From: Alphaproteobacteria bacterium
GTDB lineage: Bacteria > Pseudomonadota > Alphaproteobacteria > UBA7985
Length of the DNA: 64,000 nt
Direction: 5' to 3'
Assembly: GCA_964228455.1 (NCBI GenBank)
Contig: CAXQZM010000071.1
Location: forward strand, 13,310-77,309
The notes under the pieces: generated by a model
What the model was told of the DNA's origin: nothing
Databases searched by the model: none
Seen by the model: only the letters and a program-made list of their open reading frames with translations
In this document: piece after piece, positions 29,581 to 40,358 of the stretch
How positions within the stretch are numbered: the stretch's first letter is position 1
Layout: every line of letters begins with the position of its first letter
Position numbers and translations under genes: made by a program

Positions 29581-30285
29581 TCATTGAATTTTGCTTAATG
29601 TATTCGGAGAAAACCCGTGTGGCCGAGATGGGGAAATATTGACGTGCTTTACGTGCCAGGTTTCACTGCTATCTGGCAGACGCAGGTGAGTAATCTGAGT
29701 AATGCCGCAGTTATCAATTGAAAATCGCAGAGCAGCTTCGCCATCTAGACCCAAAGCACATGCTAAGGCGGCCCGTATTGTGCCACCATGTGCGAAGAGA
29801 ACAATTTTTTTCCCAGAATATTTTCTCGATAATTCTGTTAGGCTTTCCGATACACGTTGTGTCAAGTCTTCAAATGACTCACCACCAGGGACACGCTCCT
29901 TAGCAGGTGCCAACCAAAATGTGTGCGATCGACCATCTCTAAATAAATGATCCCAGGTTAAGCCTTCCCAGTCTCCAAACGACTGCTCGTCAAAGCCAGA
30001 AATTTGTTCGCTTGGTGGGGCTTCAAATCCTCCAACCCTTGCGACGTGCTTTAAAGTTTTCTGGGTTCGCTCACGAGTAGAGGTGAAGTATATAGCATCC
30101 TTTGGAAGTGCTATCGCCAGGGGAAGATAAAGGCCTTCGTCACTCGTGTCTATATCAGGATCTGCGACCCCATAAATCAAGTTTTTAGGGTTAATGACGG
30201 GTCCATGTCGCACAAGCCACCAACTGGTTTTTACTAGGTTCTCTTGTGCCTCTTCTGCAAGGTTATCAGACATAAATAATCGCAA
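29581..30285 (-). CDS. cobC: Histidine-phosphatase-family alpha-ribazole phosphatase
   Basis: RHG catalytic motif (LVRHGP), phosphoglycerate-mutase-like fold. Immediately upstream of cobS in the same orientation. Confidence 0.65.
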   Translation of the reverse strand: MRLFMSDNLAEEAQENLVKTSWWLVRHGPVINPKNLIYGVADPDIDTSDEGLYLPLAIALPKDAIYFTSTRERTQKTLKHVARVGGFEAPPSEQISGFDEQSFGDWEGLTWDHLFRDGRSHTFWLAPAKERVPGGESFEDLTQRVSESLTELSRKYSGKKIVLFAHGGTIRAALACALGLDGEAALRFSIDNCGITQITHLRLPDSSETWHVKHVNISPSRPHGFSPNTLSKIQ

Positions 30286-31036
30286 TCATGATGAATAAAA
30301 ATGTTTCAGTAAATATTTGAGTGGCGCCAATGGCATCTCCGGACATTTCTGGCAAAAACATCTGATTAAATGCCAATACTCCAACTAGAAAACCAACTAA
30401 AGCCAGTAAAGCCAGCCCAGATACGAAACCACTCACGGCCACTGTAAAAAAGATTAGTAACCAAACGATCAAAGCGCTTCTGCGCGAGGGACGACCTTTG
30501 GCGGTCTTAGCATTCGCACCTTCTTCGTTTGCATTGGACCACGCAACTATCATTGTCTGTCGAGATAAGAGAGAAACAGCAATGAAGCATATTACTATTT
30601 CAGAACTATCAAGAACATTTATAAGGTGGCTTAGAGCAGCCAGCTGGACACTAAATGCTATAACTAGACTTAGTACGCCAAATGTACCAATTTTTGGGTC
30701 TCTCATCACTTCCATTCGTCGATTCTTTGGAACACCCATTCCATCAGCAAGATCAGCCAAACCATCCCAATGTAAAGCTCCGGTCAATTTAATTGGCGTG
30801 ACCACTAAAAAGATAGCTAAGATGACCGTAAGGAAGCTTGAATCTTGATTGCTAAGCAAGGGCCGAAAGATAAAATATACACTTGCCTGAGCGCTTCCTA
30901 ACAAAACTGCTAGAACAGGAAGGGTCCACAGCGCTTGCACTAATGACCTTTGGGTTGAAAAGTTTGGCGCTGGGATTCTAGTGAAGAAGGTCCAAACTAA
31001 AAAAAAGTCGTGGTAAATGTTTCTTAAGGCGCTCAT
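30266..31036 (-). CDS. cobS: Adenosylcobinamide-GDP ribazoletransferase (cobalamin synthase)
   Basis: 256 aa polytopic membrane protein with CobS N-terminal FFTRIP motif. Confidence 0.85.
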   Translation of the reverse strand: MSALRNIYHDFFLVWTFFTRIPAPNFSTQRSLVQALWTLPVLAVLLGSAQASVYFIFRPLLSNQDSSFLTVILAIFLVVTPIKLTGALHWDGLADLADGMGVPKNRRMEVMRDPKIGTFGVLSLVIAFSVQLAALSHLINVLDSSEIVICFIAVSLLSRQTMIVAWSNANEEGANAKTAKGRPSRRSALIVWLLIFFTVAVSGFVSGLALLALVGFLVGVLAFNQMFLPEMSGDAIGATQIFTETFLFIMIAIIYV

Positions 31037-31076
31037 GCTCTTGTCTTTAGTAGATCAAAGGGTGAAAGGCCATTAA

Positions 31077-32108
31077 ATGACTGAGATAAAAGTGCCTGCG
31101 TCCCTCGACGAAATCCGGGATTTGTTACGAAACCTTCCCGGTCCCGATTTAAACTCCGCGCATGAGGTCGCTGGGCGGGAAAACCAACTAACCAAACCTA
31201 TGGGCTCTCTTGGCCGTCTAGAAGAAATGACACAATGGTTGGCCCGTTGGCAGGGAGTTAGCAAGCCTACCTTGAACCATCCTCGAACGGCTGTTTTTGC
31301 AGGGAACCACGGTGTTTGTGCACAGGGGGTGTCTGCGTTTCCTTCAGAGGTGACAGCACAAATGGTTGCTAATTTTAGAAATGGGGGAGCTTGTGTAAAC
31401 CAGTTAGTAGGCCAAATCGATGGCGATTTGAACGTATACGAATTAGATCTCGACAACCCCACAAACGACATGAGCCAGGGTCCGGCAATGGACGATCAAA
31501 GGGTATCTGAGGCAATATCATTTGGCATGATGGCTGTTGAGCCTGGCATAGATATCATTGCATTGGGTGAGATGGGTATTGGCAATACAACAGCAGCAGC
31601 AGCAGTTTGCCTCTCACTATTTGGTGGAGATGCGGCAGATTGGACTGGCCCTGGGACAGGAGTCGAAGGCGATTCCTTGGGCAATAAGGTCCGCATAGTG
31701 GCTGAATCAGTAAGAATAAACCAAGATTCCATGACGGATGGGCTCGAGACCTTAAGGTGTGTTGGTGGGTTAGAACTCGCTGCAATTTGTGGTGCAATTT
31801 TAGCCGCCCGTCTAGCAAAAGTTCCAGTAGTTTTAGATGGCTTTATTTGTACGGCCGCCGCTGCTTGCCTCTACAGTATGGATAAATCATTGCTTGATCA
31901 CTGCATCGTGGCGCACAAATCTGCTGAACCAGGCCATGCCAAACTTTGTGCAGCAATAAATCAAAAGCCGCTTCTGGACCTCGGTATGCGTTTGGGAGAA
32001 GGTTCGGCTGCGACTTTATCAATTAATATACTTCGTTCTGCTCTTGCATGCCACACAGGCATGGCAACTTTTGAAGAGGCAATGGTTGCAGGAAAGTCGT
32101 TTGAGTAG
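31077..32108 (+). CDS. cobT: Nicotinate-nucleotide--dimethylbenzimidazole phosphoribosyltransferase
   Basis: 343 aa. CobT motifs (GEMGIGNTT, active-site Glu region). Divergent from cobS. Confidence 0.85.
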   Translation: MTEIKVPASLDEIRDLLRNLPGPDLNSAHEVAGRENQLTKPMGSLGRLEEMTQWLARWQGVSKPTLNHPRTAVFAGNHGVCAQGVSAFPSEVTAQMVANFRNGGACVNQLVGQIDGDLNVYELDLDNPTNDMSQGPAMDDQRVSEAISFGMMAVEPGIDIIALGEMGIGNTTAAAAVCLSLFGGDAADWTGPGTGVEGDSLGNKVRIVAESVRINQDSMTDGLETLRCVGGLELAAICGAILAARLAKVPVVLDGFICTAAAACLYSMDKSLLDHCIVAHKSAEPGHAKLCAAINQKPLLDLGMRLGEGSAATLSINILRSALACHTGMATFEEAMVAGKSFE

Positions 32109-32134
32109 ATTTGATCTTGGACTGCAACGAGATA

Positions 32135-32827
32135 TCAAACGGGAAGGGCCATTAGTTTTGGTCCGATGGCTTTAAGTTTATCTCTAGCTTGGTCCATTAG
32201 GCTGGGCTGCATCATTAAACTGGCACACGCAGACCAAAAGCTTGGTTGGTGGTGTGGCTCTTTTAAATGCGCCACTTCATGCGCAATCAAATAATCCTGA
32301 ACAAGAAGATCAGCGCAGATGATTCTCCAGTTGATTGAAATTACGCCTTCTGATGAACACGAGCCCCAGCGTGATTTTGTGTCTCGAAAAGTCAGACGCT
32401 CGATAGCGAATCCAAGTACATTCGCTTTCTCATGAGCTAATGGGGTAAGTCTCGCTTTTGCTCTTGTTTTTAAGAGCCGAGACAAGTCCTGATTCGTGCA
32501 GATTTCGCGAACCGTAATGGCTTTGTTATCTATGCTTGGGCGCGCTCCGAAGGTGAGTGGGAGCAAACACCCATCTATTGGTATTTTCGCACCCTCACTG
32601 AGGACAATCTTGTTCCTGCTAATTTCATTTAATCGAGGAAGGATCCAGTCGGCTTTGGTTTTGACAAAATTTAGGCCGCGATGCGAGCTTGTGTTTGGCG
32701 GCAAAGTTAACCTGACGTGTCCATTTTGAGGGTCTAGCCGAAACTGTAAACGCTTAGCTCGGGTGTTTAATGTAATATCTACACAAACTTCCTGCCCTTT
32801 TAAGTTAATCTGAACACTCTGCTTCAC
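32135..32827 (-). CDS. YgjP/DUF45 (M48-like, WLM-type) metal-dependent hydrolase
   Basis: [16 protein letters not shown] matches the DUF45 HExxHxxxxxHxxxFW motif. The ORF is open to ATG 32893, which abuts dapD's ATG (CATATG), so the probable start is the GTG at 32827. Confidence 0.6.
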   Translation of the reverse strand: MKQSVQINLKGQEVCVDITLNTRAKRLQFRLDPQNGHVRLTLPPNTSSHRGLNFVKTKADWILPRLNEISRNKIVLSEGAKIPIDGCLLPLTFGARPSIDNKAITVREICTNQDLSRLLKTRAKARLTPLAHEKANVLGFAIERLTFRDTKSRWGSCSSEGVISINWRIICADLLVQDYLIAHEVAHLKEPHHQPSFWSACASLMMQPSLMDQARDKLKAIGPKLMALPV

Positions 32828-32893
32828 ACGCAAGCCTTGGCACAAGACGCAGACACACGTAAGGTAAAAATTCAAATCACTAAGGAAATCCAT

Positions 32894-33724
32894 ATGGACT
32901 TACGCCAACTAGAATACATAATTGAGCACGCTTTTGATACGCGCGACAGTGTGAATGTTGAAACTAAGGGGGAAATTCGTGAAGCCGTTGAGGAGACCCT
33001 GCAGGCCCTAGACAGCGGTGTTTTAAGAGTTGCAGAGAAAATTGAGGGTAGTTGGCAAGTAAATCAGTGGGCCAAGAAGGCGGTCTTATTAGGTTTCCGT
33101 TTGAATCCTATGGTCCAAATGGGGGCGGCGCCTGGAGGTGGAACCTATTGGGATAAAGTCGCGGCTAAATGGGCTGACTGGGGCGAGAGCCAATGGGAGA
33201 CAGCAGCATTTCGAGCCGTTCCAGGCTGCTTTGTTCGCCACTCAGCCTATATTGCACCAAACGTCGTTTTGATGCCGTCATTTGTGAATTTGGGCGCTTA
33301 TGTTGATGAAGGCACAATGGTGGATACATGGGCAACCGTTGGATCTTGTGCTCAGATAGGTAAAAACGTGCACTTATCTGGAGGTGTTGGAATTGGAGGC
33401 GTGCTTGAGCCTCTGCAGGCTGGTCCCGTTATAATTGAAGACAATTGTTTTATCGGGGCTCGGTCTGAAGTTGTTGAGGGTGTTGTAGTTGAAGAGGGCG
33501 CAGTTTTAGCGATGGGCGTTTTTTTGTCCTCTACAACTAAAATTGTTAATAGAGATACCGGCGAAGTAATAACAGGACGGGTCCCGGCGTATTCTGTTGT
33601 TGTACCTGGCACTATGCCTAATAGTGATCCTACCAAACCATCCTTGGCTTGCGCGGTGATTGTTAAAACCGTCGACGCACAAACACGTTCTAAGACTGCA
33701 ATTAACGACTTGCTTCGTGATTAA
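32894..33724 (+). CDS. dapD: 2,3,4,5-tetrahydropyridine-2,6-dicarboxylate N-succinyltransferase
   Basis: DapD N-terminal helical domain plus left-handed beta-helix hexapeptide repeats. Start at ATG 32894 ([14 protein letters not shown]). Confidence 0.9.
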   Translation: MDLRQLEYIIEHAFDTRDSVNVETKGEIREAVEETLQALDSGVLRVAEKIEGSWQVNQWAKKAVLLGFRLNPMVQMGAAPGGGTYWDKVAAKWADWGESQWETAAFRAVPGCFVRHSAYIAPNVVLMPSFVNLGAYVDEGTMVDTWATVGSCAQIGKNVHLSGGVGIGGVLEPLQAGPVIIEDNCFIGARSEVVEGVVVEEGAVLAMGVFLSSTTKIVNRDTGEVITGRVPAYSVVVPGTMPNSDPTKPSLACAVIVKTVDAQTRSKTAINDLLRD

Positions 33725-34841
33725 TTCGGTTAAGTTAACACAGGAATTAGTGCGGTGTCCCTCGGTTACGCCAGTTGAGGGCGGAGCCTTGGATGTTTGC
33801 GAAAGCTTTTTGAAAGTAGGAGGTTTCCAAACCTGGCGCTTACCATTTGCAGAGGTTGACAATCTGTTTGCTCGATTTGGCAAGGGCGGCCCCCATCTCT
33901 GTTTTGCAGGGCATGTTGACGTAGTCCCTGTCGGTGACGAAACACATTGGAAACATCCTCCTTTTGAGGGTGTAATAGAGGGTGGTTGTCTTTATGGTCG
34001 CGGAGCGGAGGATATGAAAGCAAACATCGCGGCAGCGATGTCAGCTGCGGTCGATTTTCTGTCAAAAACGCCAGATTATAAAGGTTCAATTTCTTTTTTG
34101 CTTACAGGTGATGAAGAAGGTCCGGCTGTTAATGGCACAGCAAAGGTGTTGGACTGGATGTCCAAGAACGAGCAGCTCCCTGATAAGTGCGTGGTAATTG
34201 AGCCAACTGCAAAAAGTATTCCCGGGGATACGCTTAAAGTTGGGCGCCGCGGCTCAATTAATGGACAGTTAATTGTCAAGGGAGTTCAGGGCCATGCGGC
34301 TTATCCGTCAAAGGCCCAAAACCCATTGCCTGGTTTGGTACAATTATTAGGCGCACTTGTAGAGAATCCTCTTGATACGGGCACTGAGCATTTTGAGCCT
34401 AGTAGCCTTCAAATTACGACGATAGATGTTGGTAACGAAGCTCAAAATGTAATCCCCAGTCAAGGGCAGGCTAACTTCAATTCACGGTTCAATGATCTTT
34501 GGACCCCGGAGTCGGTTGAAGCCGAAATTCGTTCTCGGCTAGATAAAGTAGGTGTGGGATACGAACTGCGAACCAGCTGTAATGCCGTTGCCTTTATGAC
34601 TCCTCTCGAAAAATTAGCTGCGCCATTAGCGGATGCTTTAGAAGCCGCAACCGGGAAACGCCCGCAGTTCTCCACTGAAGGCGGCACCTCAGATGCTCGT
34701 TTTGTGCAGGCGTTTTGCCCCGTAGTTGAAATGGGTTTAGTGTGTAAGACCCTGCACCAGGTTGACGAGCATGTACCCACAAAGGACATAACTGAACTTG
34801 AGAGGCTCTATAGGGCGGTTATCCAGGCGCTCGCAGCATAA
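33717..34841 (+). CDS. dapE: Succinyl-diaminopimelate desuccinylase
   Basis: M20 peptidase. Alignment to E. coli DapE (V..LTQ.LIR.PSV.P, HxDVVP, GRGxxDMKG, dimerisation domain). Likely GTG start at 33717, overlapping the dapD stop. Confidence 0.85.
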   Translation: MINSVKLTQELVRCPSVTPVEGGALDVCESFLKVGGFQTWRLPFAEVDNLFARFGKGGPHLCFAGHVDVVPVGDETHWKHPPFEGVIEGGCLYGRGAEDMKANIAAAMSAAVDFLSKTPDYKGSISFLLTGDEEGPAVNGTAKVLDWMSKNEQLPDKCVVIEPTAKSIPGDTLKVGRRGSINGQLIVKGVQGHAAYPSKAQNPLPGLVQLLGALVENPLDTGTEHFEPSSLQITTIDVGNEAQNVIPSQGQANFNSRFNDLWTPESVEAEIRSRLDKVGVGYELRTSCNAVAFMTPLEKLAAPLADALEAATGKRPQFSTEGGTSDARFVQAFCPVVEMGLVCKTLHQVDEHVPTKDITELERLYRAVIQALAA

Positions 34842-35632
34842 TGCTAATCCTTGCTGCCATTTTACTGGTCGGCAGCTGGATAACGACCTGCCTGTATTTT
34901 TTTCTAATTCAAACTCGGCTGGTATACAGAACCAACCCTGACCGCCCTGTTATGAGACGATCGGCGGTGTATTCAGGTTCAGAGGTCACGCTTAACCCGG
35001 ATCCTGGAATCGAGAATGTTTGTTGGCACTGGCCTTCAGCTAACGGCTATCCTACAATTTTATTTTGTCATGGAAACAACCTTAACATCGAGGTTCGTGC
35101 TTCCTGGATGCAGTTTGCAATTGGGCGTGGGTTTGGTCTGTTTATGGCGGGATATCGGGGGTTTGGCGGAAATCCAGGCACGCCCACGCAAGCAGGATTA
35201 ATAACCGATGCTTTAGCTTCCTATGATCATTTAAGCAGTCTTGGTGTTAAAGATATTCACGTTTTGGGTCACTCTTTAGGTTCTAGTGTAGCGGTACATT
35301 TAGCTTCTGAGAGGCGATGTAAATCAGTTGGGCTTTTGTCCCCTTTCACCAGTATGGTTGATGCGGCTTGGGACCTTTATCCTTTTCTTCCAATTCGAAT
35401 AATTCTTCGCGATCAATGGAAGTCTATAGATATCATTAATAAGATTGATTGCCCAATAATGATCGTAGCTTGTGATGGGGATACAACGGTCCGTTATTCG
35501 AGGTCAAAGAAACTTTTTGCTCATGCTAGCAGCCCAAAAGAATTTCTAAATATTCCCGGTGTTGATCATGGTGACATCTCTTTACAAGGCGGGCCAAAGG
35601 CCTTGGTAGATTTCTTTGAGCGGCATCGCTAA
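34841..35632 (+). CDS. Alpha/beta-hydrolase (S33-like) family protein
   Basis: 263 aa. GHSLG nucleophile elbow, catalytic Asp/His near the C-terminus. TAATG overlap with dapE. Confidence 0.65.
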   Translation: MLILAAILLVGSWITTCLYFFLIQTRLVYRTNPDRPVMRRSAVYSGSEVTLNPDPGIENVCWHWPSANGYPTILFCHGNNLNIEVRASWMQFAIGRGFGLFMAGYRGFGGNPGTPTQAGLITDALASYDHLSSLGVKDIHVLGHSLGSSVAVHLASERRCKSVGLLSPFTSMVDAAWDLYPFLPIRIILRDQWKSIDIINKIDCPIMIVACDGDTTVRYSRSKKLFAHASSPKEFLNIPGVDHGDISLQGGPKALVDFFERHR

Positions 35633-35662
35633 AGGCCTCTCAAACGCAAAGGAATAGCCCTT

Positions 35663-36229
35663 ATGAAAATCAATGGTAATCAGATACGACCCGGTAATAT
35701 TATCGAACACAAAAACCGTCTCATGCGGGCTGTGAAAACTCAACATGTGAAGCCCGGAAAAGGAGGCGCTTTTGCACAAGTTGAGCTCAAAGATATCCGA
35801 GATGGGACTAAAATGAACGATCGGTTTCGCGCCGATGATACTGTTGAGAGAGTGACTCTTGAGCAGCGCGCGTTTAGCTACTTATTTGCCGAGGGTGATA
35901 TGCTTACGTTCATGGATATGGAATCTTTTGAGCAGATTTCTCTACCTGAGGACTTTGTTGGCGAGCCCTTGAGGTTCCTGCAGGAAAACATGGAAGTTGA
36001 AATTGAGCAGTATGAGGGCGAGCCAATTGGCGTCAGCTTGCCAGAGACAGTTGTGCTAGAGATCGCGGAAGCAGATGCGGTGGTAAAGGGTCAGACAGCT
36101 TCTTCATCATACAAACCAGCAGTGTTAGAAAATGGAGTTAGAGTAATGGTCCCTCCTCATATTGAAGCTGGAACGAAGATTGTTGTCGATACGGCAAACG
36201 CCGAATATAAAGAACGCTTTAAAGGCTAA
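35663..36229 (+). CDS. efp: Elongation factor P
   Basis: 188 aa. KPGKGGAF loop with conserved modified Lys/Arg position. Three OB-like domains. Confidence 0.9.
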   Translation: MKINGNQIRPGNIIEHKNRLMRAVKTQHVKPGKGGAFAQVELKDIRDGTKMNDRFRADDTVERVTLEQRAFSYLFAEGDMLTFMDMESFEQISLPEDFVGEPLRFLQENMEVEIEQYEGEPIGVSLPETVVLEIAEADAVVKGQTASSSYKPAVLENGVRVMVPPHIEAGTKIVVDTANAEYKERFKG

Positions 36230-36231
36230 CA

Positions 36232-37011
36232 ATGTCACGTCTCTCTCCACTAACTAATATGATGGTTAGAGCTGCTGAAGAAGCTGCTAAATCTTTGCGC
36301 CGCGACTTTGGCGATATTGCGCATCTTCAAGTGTCTAAAAAAGGCCCAGCTGATTTTGTTACCAAAGCTGACATGGCAGCTGAGTCCATTCTTCAAAGAG
36401 TGCTTGAGCAGGCAAAGCCTGAAGCAGGGTTTTGGGGTGAAGAGACAGGAGCAATTGGCGATCAAGTGGCTAGCCGTTGGATTGTAGATCCGTTAGATGG
36501 CACAACCAACTTTCTTCACGGTCAACCGAATTGGGCAATATCGATTGCTCTCGAGGAGAACGGAAAGCTAACGCACGGGTTAATTTACGATGTCCTTAGG
36601 GACGAAATGTTTTGGGCTGAGCGTGGAGTTGGTGCTTATTTGGGAGGCAAACGGCTTAAGGTCACCGGTAGAGAAAAGCTTTCTGATGCTCTTATGGTTA
36701 CCGGCGTGCCTCACCTTGGTCGAGAAATTCACGCTCGTGCCTGGAGCCAGTTCAAAACTTTATCGGAAAAGTCATCGGGCGTCCGTCGTTCTGGCTCAGC
36801 TGCCCTGGACTTAGCTTACGTAGCTGCGGGACGTTACGATGCGTATTGGGAAGCAGATCTGAGACCATGGGATGTGGCGGCAGGATTGCTCATATGTGAA
36901 GAAGCTGGCGCTGCTATTTCTGATTATAGCGGCAAACCGATACGCCACTCAGGAAGAGAAATATTGGTCGCTGCACCTTTGCTAGCCGATCAGATTATTT
37001 CCAATCTCTAG
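36232..37011 (+). CDS. suhB: Inositol monophosphatase family protein (SuhB-like)
   Basis: 259 aa. IMPase motifs (DPLDGT, WDxAAG). Confidence 0.85.
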   Translation: MSRLSPLTNMMVRAAEEAAKSLRRDFGDIAHLQVSKKGPADFVTKADMAAESILQRVLEQAKPEAGFWGEETGAIGDQVASRWIVDPLDGTTNFLHGQPNWAISIALEENGKLTHGLIYDVLRDEMFWAERGVGAYLGGKRLKVTGREKLSDALMVTGVPHLGREIHARAWSQFKTLSEKSSGVRRSGSAALDLAYVAAGRYDAYWEADLRPWDVAAGLLICEEAGAAISDYSGKPIRHSGREILVAAPLLADQIISNL

Positions 37012-37068
37012 ACCTCTTCATAATCAACGGTTTTTTTAATCTGGGTTTGTAGGGATAAGAGATGGTGC

Positions 37069-38610
37069 TTATGCGAGCCAAAAAGACGACGCATAGCCCA
37101 TAACGGCAAAAGCAATTGCGATGGCGATCCAGCTTTTCCACGGATTCAGTGGCGGCGGTTGAGTTTGACCTTGTCGAGTGTCTCGCTCTTCAACTTCCAT
37201 AAGATCAATCTGGTTTCTAATGTATTTAAAGACCCGTGGCATGTCATCAATAAGCTTAATACCTTCCGTCCGAAGCTCTCTTAGACGCCGAGCTGGTCCC
37301 AAATTTTGCGCTGCCCAGTTTGATACTAGAGGTTCTGCTAAAGTCCATATATTTAGCTCTGGCGCAAGCTGGCGGCTGATCCCCTCAGCCATGAGCATGT
37401 TTTTCTGCAGTAAGAACAGCTCTGGCTGCATTTCTAGTCGATATTGCTGTGACATTGCCAATAGTTGTCCAAGCAGCTTTGCGAAGCTTATCTGTTCAAG
37501 GGGTTTGCCCATTATTGGCTCTGCAACAGATCTAATTGAGAGGGCAAAAGCCTCCACATCTTGATCCCGTCCGAGATAACCAGCTGCTTGGTATCGCTTT
37601 GCAAGATTTTCGTAGTCCTGAGCGAGCATTGTTGTCATGAGATCCGCCAAGAAATAGCGAACGCGCCAAGGCAATGTTCCCATAATGCCGAAGTCAACAA
37701 ATACTATTCTACCGTCATCTGCAATCATCATGTTGCCGCCATGTTGGTCTCCATGAAAATATCCATGAGTAAGAACAGAAGTAAAGAATACTTCTGCAGC
37801 ACGGGTTAGAACTGCTTCTAGGTCATGGCCTTTCTCTAACAGTGCTTCTCTGTGGTCGATAGGCGTGCCGGACACTTGGGTCATAACCATTACCCGCTCA
37901 CCACATAGGTCCCACACTGGGGCAGGAAGTATGACAGGATCTTCCGATGAAAATTGGCTGCGAAACCTTGAAAGCGCCGCAGCTTCTACGCGCAGGTCCA
38001 GCTCAGCAGACGCATTACGTGCGAATTCTTCGATAATTGCTTTTGGTTTTAGATACTGGAGATCTGGTCGAGCTCTCTCAAAACTTGATGCCAACCAGGT
38101 AAGGAAACTAACGTCTCTTTGGAAAGCAGTTGTAATGCCTGGACGAATTATTTTCACAGCAACGTTGGACCCGTCCTTGAGGCGTCCAAAGTGCACCTGT
38201 GCCACTGATGCAGCAGATACAGCTTTCTCATCAAAGAACTCAAATATGTCCGCAACCTGTGCCTCTAAAGCCTCTTCGAGGCTAGGTCGAATGGTTTCAA
38301 AGCTGGCTGGCATTAGGTTGTCTTGAAGTTTAGTTAAGTCTTCTGCGGCCTCCGTGCCGACAAGATCAGGACGCGTAGACAGGGCTTGTCCTGCCTTAAC
38401 AAAGGCTGGTCCTTGAGAAAGTAGAGCCCCCGCAAGCCGTTCACCCGGTCGCCCCTGTAGTTTGCGACGCTTTAATCTGACTGCAAGATTGTAGGCAAAA
38501 CGCGCGGGCCCCTTGGTTGGTACAAGCGCTTCAAACGGGCTTAGCGCACCCGCTCTAGCAAACTGCCACATCAGGCCTACTAGGCGTAGAAAATGTCGCA
38601 AGCTTCGCAT
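37069..38610 (-). CDS. ubiB: Ubiquinone biosynthesis protein UbiB (ABC1/ADCK atypical kinase)
   Basis: 513 aa. ABC1 kinase motifs (AAASVAQVH, HGDQHGGN, DFG) and C-terminal TM segment. Upstream of ubiE. Confidence 0.85.
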   Translation of the reverse strand: MRSLRHFLRLVGLMWQFARAGALSPFEALVPTKGPARFAYNLAVRLKRRKLQGRPGERLAGALLSQGPAFVKAGQALSTRPDLVGTEAAEDLTKLQDNLMPASFETIRPSLEEALEAQVADIFEFFDEKAVSAASVAQVHFGRLKDGSNVAVKIIRPGITTAFQRDVSFLTWLASSFERARPDLQYLKPKAIIEEFARNASAELDLRVEAAALSRFRSQFSSEDPVILPAPVWDLCGERVMVMTQVSGTPIDHREALLEKGHDLEAVLTRAAEVFFTSVLTHGYFHGDQHGGNMMIADDGRIVFVDFGIMGTLPWRVRYFLADLMTTMLAQDYENLAKRYQAAGYLGRDQDVEAFALSIRSVAEPIMGKPLEQISFAKLLGQLLAMSQQYRLEMQPELFLLQKNMLMAEGISRQLAPELNIWTLAEPLVSNWAAQNLGPARRLRELRTEGIKLIDDMPRVFKYIRNQIDLMEVEERDTRQGQTQPPPLNPWKSWIAIAIAFAVMGYASSFWLA

Positions 38611-38612
38611 AG

Positions 38613-39374
38613 CTAAATCTTAATTCCCTGATGAATGGCTGCGATTCCACCGCTCAAGTTCTGATAGGAACTGCGGTCAAATCCTTGGCTAAGGAACATT
38701 TTTGATAGGGTCTCTTGATCTGGGAACTGGCGAATAGACTCGACTAAGTATTGATAAGAAGTCCTATCGTTCGCAATCATCTGGCCCATGAGGGGGATTA
38801 CTCGAAAGGAGAATGCATCGTAAGCTTTATCCAGCACAGGTAAAACAACTTTAGAAAACTCGAGGCAGAAGAAACGGCCCCCTGGCCGTAGTACGCGATA
38901 AATTTCTTCAATGGCCTTATCTTGCACCGCAACGTTGCGCAGCCCAAAAGCCATCGTAACAACATCGAAGCTATTGGTTGCAAAAGGAAGGTCCATTGCG
39001 TCACCAGCTACCCAGCTTATCTGGCCTAGATCTATCGTCTTCTCAGCGCGTTTTTTACCCTCTAAAAGCATAGCAGGTGTGAGGTCGCAAACTGTGATGT
39101 CTTTTTGTTTTCCTGAAGTAGCTTTCGAAATTCTAAAGGCTATATCGCCTGTCCCGCCGGCGAGATCTAAGAAAGCTTGCCCCTTTTGAGGTTTGACCCA
39201 ATTAATGAGTGCGTCTTTCCAGATTCGGTGCACGCCGAAAGACATCACATCATTCATAAGATCATAAGATACAGCTACATCTGAAAACAACGACTGGACC
39301 AACCCGGCTTTTTCTTCCAAGTTGACGGTGCTGTAGCCAAAGTGAGTGGTCTGTTCCATGCTCATTCTCATCAC
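38613..39374 (-). CDS. ubiE: Ubiquinone/menaquinone biosynthesis C-methyltransferase
   Basis: 253 aa. LDLAGGTGD SAM motif, UbiE N-terminal (V..F..VA..YDLMND..S.G.HR.WK). Confidence 0.9.
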   Translation of the reverse strand: MMRMSMEQTTHFGYSTVNLEEKAGLVQSLFSDVAVSYDLMNDVMSFGVHRIWKDALINWVKPQKGQAFLDLAGGTGDIAFRISKATSGKQKDITVCDLTPAMLLEGKKRAEKTIDLGQISWVAGDAMDLPFATNSFDVVTMAFGLRNVAVQDKAIEEIYRVLRPGGRFFCLEFSKVVLPVLDKAYDAFSFRVIPLMGQMIANDRTSYQYLVESIRQFPDQETLSKMFLSQGFDRSSYQNLSGGIAAIHQGIKI

Positions 39375-39476
39375 TTAGGCCTCTGTGGGCCCGTTGCCCA
39401 CTCACCATTTTCAAAAAAGTCAGTTTTGCGGTCGCACCTGTAGTTAATATGTCTGTCGAGCGCTAAAGGCGCGGTT

Positions 39477-40259
39477 ATGGTCGAATTTCGTTTACCCGCT
39501 AATTCTCGCATTAAAAAGGGCTTGCATTGGAAGGCGCCAGAGGGTGCGTCCGATAACATTAAGACATTTGCCGTATACCGGTGGAATCCGGATAATGGTG
39601 AGAACCCTCGTTTAGACACATATGAAGTAGACCAAGACGATTGTGGACCAATGGTTCTGGATGCGCTGCTCTGGATCAAAAATAAAGTCGATTCAACGTT
39701 GACGCTTCGACGTTCTTGCCGAGAGGGAGTATGTGGATCATGCGCAATGAATATTGATGGCACAAATACGCTCGCCTGCACAAAGTTTTTGAGTGACATT
39801 AAGGGCGAGGCAAGGGTGTACCCTCTTCCACATATGCCAGTTGTTAAAGATCTGGTGCCAGACCTTAACCAGCCCTATGCGCAATATGCCAGCATAGAGC
39901 CTTGGCTAAAATCTGACAGCGCTGCTCCCACTCGAGAGCGCCTTCAGAGCCCAGAAGAACGCGAGAAGTTAGATGGCATGTGGGAGTGCATTCTATGTTT
40001 CTCATGCTCTACCTCTTGTCCTTCCTATTGGTGGAACGGGGACCGGTACTTAGGCCCTGCGATTCTTCTACAGGCCTATCGCTGGATCGCAGATAGCCGT
40101 GATGAGGCAACAGGCGAGCGGTTAGATGCTTTGGAAGATCCGTTTCGCCTTTATCGATGTCATACTATTATGAACTGCACCAAAACCTGCCCAAAAGGCC
40201 TAAACCCAGCAAAAGCGATCGCAGAAATAAAAAAATTAATGGTTGAGCGGCGCATATAG
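39477..40259 (+). CDS. sdhB: Succinate dehydrogenase iron-sulfur subunit
   Basis: 260 aa. 2Fe-2S ([11 protein letters not shown]), 4Fe-4S and 3Fe-4S Cys clusters ([12 protein letters not shown]...[12 protein letters not shown]). Confidence 0.9.
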   Translation: MVEFRLPANSRIKKGLHWKAPEGASDNIKTFAVYRWNPDNGENPRLDTYEVDQDDCGPMVLDALLWIKNKVDSTLTLRRSCREGVCGSCAMNIDGTNTLACTKFLSDIKGEARVYPLPHMPVVKDLVPDLNQPYAQYASIEPWLKSDSAAPTRERLQSPEEREKLDGMWECILCFSCSTSCPSYWWNGDRYLGPAILLQAYRWIADSRDEATGERLDALEDPFRLYRCHTIMNCTKTCPKGLNPAKAIAEIKKLMVERRI

Positions 40260-40358
40260 CCTGAGATGTCGGTCTAATCGCGTGCATATTTAATTTAGCT
40301 TTTTCAGACAGGTAAAAATTGCTCGGGTAGCCACGCCTTTTACGGTAGAGGCCAAATC

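Noticed and set aside
39371-39799. 142-aa minus-strand ORF overlapping the sdhB 5' region
   Set aside because: It overlaps the start of the strongly supported sdhB gene and the ubiE upstream region. It has no motifs and is probably a spurious ORF.
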